Shown here: positions 1-6,887 of the stretch, one piece after another | How the letters are laid out: each line of letters starts with the position of its first letter | How positions within the stretch are numbered: position 1 is the stretch's first letter | Source: Candidatus Iainarchaeum sp. | Lineage (GTDB): Archaea > Iainarchaeota > Iainarchaeia > JAGGVJ01 | Direction of reading: 5' to 3' | Assembly: GCA_021158055.1 (NCBI GenBank) | Contig: JAGGVJ010000043.1 | Coordinates: forward strand, 1-18,950 | Length of the DNA: 18,950 nucleotides | Made by a program: the position numbers and the translations under genes | Notes under the pieces: generated by a model | Database searches by the model: none | What the model was told of the DNA's origin: nothing | The model's input: only the letters and a program-made list of their open reading frames with translations

Positions 1-523
1 ATGCTGATGCTTGTACTGTTCCCTGCTTACTGCCCAATAAATAAGTTGAGGTCCCTGAAGCAACACTGATATTGCAAGCGTCGCCATCAGAAATAGTTGC
101 GCTTGTGTCAATGACTATGAAGTATTCAATCCCGGAAGCAGATGCTGGAATTGAACGGTTAACAGTTACGCTCGTAGATGAACCGAGGTTAACGTTTGAG
201 TTTGTGCCAACCAATGTATCAGTAGAACTGTCAAAACCATTGTCATCAGTGCTGTCCCTGTAAATATATACGCCGTCAAAGTCAGAAGATGTTACAGTGC
301 CTGCTTGTCGAGTTACTGTAAATACTACGCTATTCAACGTCTCACTAGCGTTTTGGTCCAACCCAAAACCGACCATGGCAACTTTTGCACTGTCCGCTAT
401 AATCGCAGTATTTCCACTGAGCATCTCTGTTGCAGCAGTTGTTTCTGTAACTGTCGCTAAAGCAAAGTTCATTCCAAGCATCACTGCAAGGACAACAAAT
501 ACTGAAAATATTTTTGACTTCAT
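1..523 (-). CDS. Secreted/surface protein, 5' part (runs off window start)
   Basis: Not in the ORF track, translated by hand from ATG at 523: MKSKIFSVFVVLAVMLGMNFALA-TVTETTAATEMLSGNTAIIADSAKVAMVGFGLDQNASETLNSVVFTV...; open to position 1. Sec-type signal peptide ending ALA, S/T/D/N-rich beta-like sequence, several N-x-S/T sequons, GGAG SD just upstream. Confidence 0.85.
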   Translation of the reverse strand, partial: MKSKIFSVFVVLAVMLGMNFALATVTETTAATEMLSGNTAIIADSAKVAMVGFGLDQNASETLNSVVFTVTRQAGTVTSSDFDGVYIYRDSTDDNGFDSSTDTLVGTNSNVNLGSSTSVTVNRSIPASASGIEYFIVIDTSATISDGDACNISVASGTSTYLLGSKQGTVQASA

Positions 524-664
524 TTAATCAACTCCAACTTATTTACTTATTTTTTCCCTGTGTTTTATTTTATAAACTTTATTTTCATCGGTTTGTTCTT
601 GTTTTTTTGATTTTCTTTCATTTGTTAATTTTTTTAAATTTGTTAATATTTTAACTTAATTTTG

Positions 665-763
665 ATTATTTTGCTCACCACAATTTTACCTTGAATCAAA
701 GGCAAAAAATGAGAGATATCACTATACTTACATAACATTAAAAAAGAAACTCATATTTAAACA
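665..763. repeat. ~99-bp direct repeat, copy 1 (uninterrupted; empty-site equivalent)
   Basis: 665-731 matches 1556-1622 with 3 mismatches in 67 bp, and 732-763 matches 2893-2924 with 3 mismatches in 32 bp. Contains an imperfect hairpin (~685-709) and a minus-strand TTTAAATA at 754-761. Confidence 0.95.
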
Positions 764-1167
764 CTATCCTAAAATATGCCTTGCAGAACTCCAGTTGGAT
801 TGCCGGACTGCTTGTTAAAGTTGTTGTTTTGTCTGTCCATCCCATGTTAAGGGCCGATGCTAAGCGGCAATTTGTTTTGCCGGATGCCTTGTTTGAAAAA
901 AATAAGCGGATAAAAAAAGACGCCGGAATCATGGAAAAGATTACCATGGGGAATAGTGGATCCTGAAGGAGACTTGAGACATATATCTTTATGTCGGATA
1001 TGATTTTAGGGATTTCAGGATAAAGAAATTCCTGCGCTGAATTTCCCATTATCCGCCTGCATACCTTATATGAATCCGCATGACTGCAATACCCCACCCG
1101 GCTTTGAATTTATGCTTCAATTCTTGCTTTTGAAATTGCATTTGATGCAAGAAACTGATGAGGCCTT

Positions 1168-1284
1168 TTATTTTATCAAACCCGCGAACTTATCCCTGCT
1201 TCCTTGTTGTCTCTTCAATTCAAAACCCAGTTTTTTCAGCACCTTTGCAATTTCTCTTGCGGTCATTAAAGGCAATTTTGCCAT
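1168..1284 (-). pseudogene. hicA: Truncated HicA-family toxin (38 aa)
   Basis: Hand translation MAKLPLMTAREIAKVLKKLGFELKRQQGS-RDKFAGLIK*. Typical HicA N-terminus up to the GSH motif, where the His and the rest of the fold are replaced by unrelated sequence. Starts 2 nt after the hicB stop. Confidence 0.85.
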
Positions 1285-1286
1285 TA

Positions 1287-1502
1287 TCAAACCTCTACTT
1301 CTAACTGTTGCACAGCTAAGAATTTAGTTTTAGTCTCTTTGGTGCCTTTAACTTGCAGATATAATGATATTGCCTCTTTAGTCCTCTTAAGCAACTCATC
1401 ATATGTTTTAGCTTGTGTGTGGCAACCCGGAAGTTCAACTACTCCTGATATCAGGTAACCATCTTCCCCTTCTTCTATAATTACATTATATTTTTCTGTC
1501 AT
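1287..1502 (-). CDS. hicB: HicB-family antitoxin (short form, no C-terminal DNA-binding domain)
   Basis: YNVIIEEGEDGY...VVELPGCHTQAKTYDELLKRTKEAISLYL is the HicB/UPF0150 signature. Adjacent to the hicA fragment. Confidence 0.93.
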   Translation of the reverse strand: MTEKYNVIIEEGEDGYLISGVVELPGCHTQAKTYDELLKRTKEAISLYLQVKGTKETKTKFLAVQQLEVEV

Positions 1503-1555
1503 TTTGCATCACTAAATGTGTAAAAATACGTCGGTATTCATATAATTTGGTTTTT

Positions 1556-1622
1556 ATTATTTTGCTCGCCACAATTTTACCTTGAATCAAAGGCAAAAAA
1601 TGAGAGATATCACTATAGTTAT
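1556..1622. repeat. Direct repeat copy 2, left part (flank of IS right end; predicted guide source)
   Basis: 64/67 identical to 665-731. Similarity stops exactly at the IS right end (1623). Confidence 0.95.
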
Positions 1623-1800
1623 GTCAATTACTCCACCTTGTCGGGTGGGGCTTGTAACTAACTATATTGTTGTTACTTTTGGTTGATTGACGAACAACCT
1701 GCTGATCTCAGATATACCAAGATTAGCGATGTTTCGCGAAGCATTTAGATCAGCATGTAATTGAAAACCGCAACCACAACTATACCAACTGCCTTCTCTG
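1603..1800 (-). ncRNA. Predicted omegaRNA/reRNA (scaffold overlapping tnpB 3' end and right end; guide ~1603-1622). Its 5' boundary is approximate
   Basis: Known TnpB architecture applied to the mapped right end. Guide would be ATAACTATAGTGATATCTCT. The transcript itself is inferred. Confidence 0.65.
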
Positions 1801-2773
1801 TTTGTTTTTTTTATTGTGTTGCAATTGCTGCATTTTTGGCTTGTGTATCTTGGGTTTACTTTTACAATCTGTTTGCCTAATGCTTCTGCTTTGTAACTTA
1901 AAAACAATTCAAATTGATTGTAAGACCAATTGCCTAACATTCTGTTGAATCGCTTTCCATTACTTTTCTTTGTCATCCTGCTTAATCTTTCAAATGCAAA
2001 CACTTTAAAATCACTTTCTGCAATTGCTTTGCTTAACCTGTGATTTACATCAGTCACAAACCGTGTTTCTTTACCGCTGATTAATTTAAGTCTTTTTATA
2101 GCGGGTTTAGTGCCTTTGGACTGCAATACTCTTTTCAGGTATTGGTATTTGCCTTTGACTCTTTTCAAATCCTTTGAATTGAAAAACTGATTGTTTGAGC
2201 AGACCAAAATGTTGTTTATCCCCCTGTCTATTCCCAAAACATCTTTTGCTGTTGCCTGTTGAATTATCGGCTTTTCTTTTTCAACAACCACATTCAAAAA
2301 CAAATTATTGTTCCTGTAAATCAACATTCCTGCTTTTGGCTTCCAGTCAATGTATCTGTTCAGCTGTTTGTTTGTGCCAAAATTAAGTTTTATCCTGCCC
2401 CTGATTGTTGATATTGAAATGAATTTGTGTTCAAATGAAACCCTCAAACATCGCTTGTCATATCTCAAAGCAGACATTTGTTTTACTTTGATTTTTCTGC
2501 CTAACTTGTCTTTTTTTAATGCTTCTATTGCAACATCCCTTGATGTCTGAATCAAAGCAGATGGGAACTCAGGGTAAAGTTTTCTGATTTTTTTATAAGT
2601 TAAGTCATGCAATTCGTTTTTGTTATCTGTCTGGATGTTGAATCCAAAATCACAAATCAACTGCCTTATTTTTGAAGCGGCCTGCAAAGTGTTTTCCAAT
2701 CCCTTGCTTTTACTTAACCTTATTTGCACAGTTCTTTGCTTTTACTTAACCTTATTTGCACAGTTCTTTGCAT
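1662..2773 (-). CDS. tnpB: TnpB RNA-guided endonuclease; native ATG (2773) put out of frame by a 32-bp duplication, in-frame GTG at 2729 gives 355 aa
   Basis: RuvC-I GIDRG, RuvC-II FERL, zinc finger CSNC...CGC and RuvC-III HADLNASRNI all intact. Removing one duplicate copy restores MQRTVQIRLSKSKGLE. Confidence 0.95.
2704..2771. repeat. Perfect 32-bp tandem duplication at the tnpB 5' end
   Basis: ttgcttttacttaaccttatttgcacagttct at 2704-2735 and 2736-2767, followed by ttgc. Confidence 0.97.
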
Positions 2774-2856
2774 TTTATATCTATGGGTGGCAAACTATTT
2801 ATCTATTCATGTCTATTGTGCCATACAATACATTCAAGGTTTTATGCCCTCCCTTG

Positions 2857-2887
2857 CGGAAAGGGTCTTACGGAAAGGGTCTTACGG
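2857..2887. repeat. 14-bp tandem duplication in the IS left end
   Basis: cggaaagggtctta at 2857-2870 and 2871-2884, then cgg. Confidence 0.95.
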
Positions 2888-2892
2888 TAAGG

Positions 2893-2924
2893 ATAACATT
2901 AAAAAAGAAACCCAGAGTTAAACA
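2893..2924. repeat. Direct repeat copy 2, right part (carries TAM TTAT on minus strand at 2893-2896)
   Basis: 29/32 identical to 732-763. Confidence 0.9.
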
Positions 2925-2929
2925 ATACT

Positions 2930-3035
2930 GTGAATACCACCGATTAAAATCGTTGGATTCCCGGCTTGCAAAGGCACGGAATTTTTGCACTCCCGTGTCA
3001 AAGGTTTACCCACCGTGTCAAAGGTTTACCCACAG
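2930..3035 (-). mobile_element. Orphan IS605-type right end / omegaRNA-like remnant
   Basis: Minus strand ends GGGAATCCAACGATTTTAATCGGTGGTATTCAC, the GAA-hairpin-TCAC pattern of IS200/IS605 right ends. Preceded by a TGCAAA...TTTGCA stem. No ORF upstream. Confidence 0.55.
2993..3033. repeat. Perfect 20-bp tandem duplication
   Basis: ccgtgtcaaaggtttaccca at 2993-3012 and 3013-3032. Confidence 0.95.
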
Positions 3036-3297
3036 AACCAATTCAAAATTCTATATTACATTACACTTCTATATCATATTCATATTACACTATTCTGCAC
3101 TATTTCCACTTTCAATTTAAGATTTGAGACAGCTGATTTTACCCCATTAACCAATCCAATCAGCTGATTTTAATAACAGTTAAAATCTTATTATTTTAGA
3201 ATACACTCATTATGAAATTAATCCGAAAATCTAAAAAATATATTAAAAACACATAAAAAAGCTATTAAAAATACATCAATCGCGGTCTTGAAAAACC

Positions 3298-5781
3298 ATG
3301 AAAGGCAAACAGGAAAAATTAAAAAAACTGTATCAGGCCCAACAGCAGGGCAACTGGCTGGAAATCCAGCAGGTTCAGGAACAGTTAAAGGACTGTTTCA
3401 AGGAAAGCTATGAAGAAGGTTTTCAAAAACTGCTTCTGGAAAAACCGGGCATCAGACCCTTCTTTGACATGGACAGCGAACTGCCTCAGTCAAGGACCAT
3501 AACCCCTGAAATTGCCGATTATTACAACGTCAATCTTATTTTCAGGGAATTCATTTCAAAAGCAAAATTTTCCACAGCAGGAATCCGCGGTTTTACTGAT
3601 GTTTTGCACAGCGAAAATCCGGATAAGATATACAACGACTTATTCATGGCCATCCTGATTGAAGCAGAAGCGGAATTTTTGAAGGAAATGCACGGCCGAA
3701 TCAAGAGCCGGCTGGACAAAATCAGGGACATTGACAGGCATTGCCTGATGCTCAAAAAAGAAATAGGCGAAGAAAACACGGCAATAATAGAAAAAATATA
3801 CGGCATGGAACTCAAAGACATCCTGCACTTTTTAAAACACAACATCGTAAAGCTTGTCGGAGGGGAAGTGCGGGTGCATACCGCGAAATTCTGCGAGATG
3901 GAAGCGCGGATACTGGCAGAAAAAGGCATAACAGTCATCGCCATGAAAAGCTATTCAGACAGCACCGCAATATACATCTACTCACTGCTTACGTTTATGC
4001 TCGGGGCCTGCGGGGCAACATACTACACTTCAAGCCACAGTTCCAGTTACCTTTTCGGCAGAAAATACCTTTCACCCGACGGCGGACAGCTCCTCCCCGA
4101 AGAATATGATCCTTATATCAAAATACTGGACAGGATAATCAACAAGGAAATATACGGCCAGGGAAAATACACAATATCCATGTCTGCCGCAGACAACAGC
4201 AACATAAAGAAGAACCTGGACTACAAAGAGATGTCAAAACTATTCCTGCCTGTCCTGAACGTGACCGAAAAAGACGTGCAGGTGATAAACAATGCGACAG
4301 AAGAAGGCCAAAAAATTATCCTGAACTGCCTCAACGGCTCAACATGGAAAACCCTGAAACCGATTTTAGATGAACTGAAAATAGACACAGGCGTCTTTGA
4401 CCTGGTCTGGCAGGAAGAAAACGCTTTTTTCAACGCCGGATATTCTGTAATTTATGACCGGGACACAGGCAAGTTTATCGTCGACCATTTTGGAATCGAC
4501 ACCACCTGGAATAAATGCATCAATACAATTCCTTATTGCAGCATCTTAAAAGACCAGCCGGTCGGAAAAATGGTATTTGAATGCGACCCGGATTCCGACC
4601 GCTTTGTCTTAAAGCAGGTCATGAGTGAAGAACAAATTCCTTTATTAGAGGAATTCGGGGTTGAACACATCAAGCTGCAGGAAGGCAAGGTGCTGGGGAT
4701 GCCTTCCCCGAACAAGGTCTTTCTGGCCCTCGACATAATAGACAAGGAAAAACTGGAAGCGCAAGGCCTATGGGAAAAATACATCTCCCTGTATTTCATC
4801 ACATACGTCTCCACAAGAGCATGGAGCGAATTCGCCGACTCAGTTCCGCACCTGGTCCGCGTCATGGAAATGGTCGGGTTCAAGAACTTAACGGCAATGC
4901 AACGGGTCTTTGAAAACTGGTGGTTTGACTCAGACAAAGAAAAGCTTGTTTTCAAAGACCAGCTGGGCAGGGAAATTGCCCTGGACCGCGCACTGCCCGT
5001 CAGGATCCACAGCAAGGAAGAAGAAAGCGGGGGGCGCGTTGCCGGAACAGCCAAAGTATGCGTGAATATCCTTGGGCAACGCACCCTTGCCATGCCTGAA
5101 AAAAGCTCGGTTGACGCATTGGTTTCAATGCTTATTTTTGCCTCCGAACAGTATCTTGCCGGAAAAAACGACCTGGAAAACAGCGATTATATCATGATGA
5201 ACTTTTTAAAGGCAAAATTCAAAAAATACAGCCTAAAATCAAAAATTGATATGCGGCTTGATATCCTGCACGGGTCGCAGGGGATAATCGCAATGCTTCC
5301 TTACAAGGAACAGCAGAAAGCGCTTAAAGAAGCACAGGCAAAAAAAGACAACTTCAACAACTTTGCATTCTCGCTGGGAAAAGCAGTGCGTGAAAAAGAA
5401 AAAACCATTGATGAAGTCATAGAAATGCTTATCGCGGCAGCGCCGGAATACAAAGAAACATGGCGTTGCCTGGACGAAATAACCGTAACCGAAGAAGAAG
5501 TGGCGGGCGGCGAAACAAGGTTTGAGGGAACCCCCATGATCTTCAGGCCCAAAAACGGTTTAAACCCCCTGTTTACGGAACTGGATTTCAGGCCCTCCGG
5601 AACAGACCCGCTGAAAAGCAAAGTATATGTTGACGCAGAATCGCTTTCATTTGAGCAACGGAAAAAAACCGAAAAATACTTTGATAATCTGGCAGGGCGT
5701 GATCTTTATCATATACTGGCTCATTTCAAGGTAAAATCCGCTGTTCCGAAAAGTGATTCAACAGGTAAACAAAAACAATAA
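3298..5781 (+). CDS. Alpha-D-phosphohexomutase superfamily protein (PGM/PMM-like), divergent and long
   Basis: Motifs in the expected order: FSTAGIRG, TSSHS (phosphoserine loop, cf. TASHN), DPDSDR (metal loop), EESGG (sugar loop), RPSGTDP (phosphate loop). Confidence 0.85.
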   Translation: MKGKQEKLKKLYQAQQQGNWLEIQQVQEQLKDCFKESYEEGFQKLLLEKPGIRPFFDMDSELPQSRTITPEIADYYNVNLIFREFISKAKFSTAGIRGFTDVLHSENPDKIYNDLFMAILIEAEAEFLKEMHGRIKSRLDKIRDIDRHCLMLKKEIGEENTAIIEKIYGMELKDILHFLKHNIVKLVGGEVRVHTAKFCEMEARILAEKGITVIAMKSYSDSTAIYIYSLLTFMLGACGATYYTSSHSSSYLFGRKYLSPDGGQLLPEEYDPYIKILDRIINKEIYGQGKYTISMSAADNSNIKKNLDYKEMSKLFLPVLNVTEKDVQVINNATEEGQKIILNCLNGSTWKTLKPILDELKIDTGVFDLVWQEENAFFNAGYSVIYDRDTGKFIVDHFGIDTTWNKCINTIPYCSILKDQPVGKMVFECDPDSDRFVLKQVMSEEQIPLLEEFGVEHIKLQEGKVLGMPSPNKVFLALDIIDKEKLEAQGLWEKYISLYFITYVSTRAWSEFADSVPHLVRVMEMVGFKNLTAMQRVFENWWFDSDKEKLVFKDQLGREIALDRALPVRIHSKEEESGGRVAGTAKVCVNILGQRTLAMPEKSSVDALVSMLIFASEQYLAGKNDLENSDYIMMNFLKAKFKKYSLKSKIDMRLDILHGSQGIIAMLPYKEQQKALKEAQAKKDNFNNFAFSLGKAVREKEKTIDEVIEMLIAAAPEYKETWRCLDEITVTEEEVAGGETRFEGTPMIFRPKNGLNPLFTELDFRPSGTDPLKSKVYVDAESLSFEQRKKTEKYFDNLAGRDLYHILAHFKVKSAVPKSDSTGKQKQ

Positions 5782-5856
5782 ATAGAAAACAAACACATAC
5801 CTATTAATCCGTGTGTACGCTGGCTTGCAAATCAAACAGCATGTGAAATTCAAGAG

Positions 5857-6780
5857 GTGGTATTTTTGGGTGCAGTGGAAATAGTTCTGACAAGTTTTAA
5901 GATGCCGTTTGAAAAACGGGAAACGCTGAGAGTAACCGGTTTTCAGGTGGCTGCCAGTTTAATCGTGATTTTGTTAAGCCTCGGGATATTCTTTGTGACG
6001 GTTGCAGCGTCCTTCCCGGGAAATTTTGACCCAGGCAACCCGCAAGCAGCCGCGGGAATAATCGGCATAATCATAAGTTTTTCAGGAATAATCCTTATCA
6101 GCATTATCCTGTTGTGGGTAATCAACTCACTGACAGCCATCATGTTCGCAAGACAGGTAAACACCATTTATTCAAAGTCCGCTGTAAACCTCAGCGACCT
6201 TGTAAACAAATCAAAACCAAAAATTTTGACTGTGCTTGGAATCGACATTGTGCTAAGTTTAATAATTACAATAATAATGCTCTTGCTTGGAGTGGTTATG
6301 CTGGGCGGGTTAATAAGCTCGCTTGGACAGGGAGCTGCAATGAGTGGAGTGGCAATGCAATCTGCTGTTCAGGCAACTCAAAACTTCAGCAACTTATTCA
6401 CAGTCATCACACTGCTCCTAAGCCCATTGTTTTTCCTTACCGTGCCGATAGCTGCCCTCAGCAAAAAAAGTGTTTTCGGCTCTTTAAAACAAGGGTTTGA
6501 AGTGGGCAAAAAAAACTACCTGTCGCTTTTGGCAGTAATGCTGTTGACAACGGGATTGATGATCGTACTCATCATCCCCGCAGCAATCCTCCTGATAATC
6601 GTTGCGGGAATCACTGCGCTTATCTTCGGTCTGGTCGGCGGTTTAACAGGCAGCTTAATCGGCGGCCTGGTTGCCGGCGCAATAATATACATCTTGCTGC
6701 TGCTTTACATGATGACGGTTTCCGGAGTCATGCCAGCAGTTGCCTACATGGACTACATTAAAGGAAAAGAACTCAAATAA
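5857..6780 (+). CDS. Multi-pass membrane protein of unknown function
   Basis: 307-aa ORF with about 6-7 hydrophobic helices. GAGGTG SD overlaps the called start, so the true start may be TTG at 5866. Confidence 0.85.
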   Translation: MVFLGAVEIVLTSFKMPFEKRETLRVTGFQVAASLIVILLSLGIFFVTVAASFPGNFDPGNPQAAAGIIGIIISFSGIILISIILLWVINSLTAIMFARQVNTIYSKSAVNLSDLVNKSKPKILTVLGIDIVLSLIITIIMLLLGVVMLGGLISSLGQGAAMSGVAMQSAVQATQNFSNLFTVITLLLSPLFFLTVPIAALSKKSVFGSLKQGFEVGKKNYLSLLAVMLLTTGLMIVLIIPAAILLIIVAGITALIFGLVGGLTGSLIGGLVAGAIIYILLLLYMMTVSGVMPAVAYMDYIKGKELK

Positions 6781-6840
6781 CAATCAAAATAAGCAAACAG
6801 CTCAAACAGGTAAATAACCCAAAAACAAATAAAAATAAAT

Positions 6841-6872
6841 GAAAGCCACGGGGGAGTCGTTCCCCCGCTTTC
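6841..6872 (+). promoter_or_regulatory. GC-rich stem-loop between the membrane protein and ATPase genes
   Basis: GAAAGC-cac-GGGGGA-gtcgt-TCCCCC-GCTTTC, ending 15 nt before the ATG at 6888. Confidence 0.6.
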
Positions 6873-6887
6873 AAAACCGGTGCTTTA

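Larger units (their letters stand above)
1623..2892 (-). mobile_element. IS200/IS605-family solo-tnpB element (IS1341-type), 1270 bp, no tnpA
   Basis: Boundaries set by comparison with the uninterrupted repeat copy: minus strand ...AATGTTAT|CCTTACC...TAATTGAC|ATAACTATAG..., with no target duplication. Subterminal hairpins at both ends: right GCCCCACC-cgacaa-GGTGGAGT, left CCCTTTCC-gcaa-GGGAGGG. Confidence 0.92.

Noticed and set aside
72-527. Plus-strand ORFs 72-263 and 297-527
   Set aside because: Antisense shadows of the minus-strand secreted protein gene.
715-742. dif/Xer site (11-6-11 layout GATATCACTAT-ACTTAC-ATAACATTAAA)
   Set aside because: The arms are poorly complementary and lack the ATAA-N6-TTAT inner pattern of dif sites.
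1662-2729. Cas12f or nuclease-dead TldR
   Set aside because: No CRISPR array, IS ends are present, and all three RuvC acidic residues are intact.
2620-3167. Plus-strand ORFs of 166, 65 and 60 aa
   Set aside because: They run across tnpB antisense, the IS end and tandem repeats, with no protein-like features.
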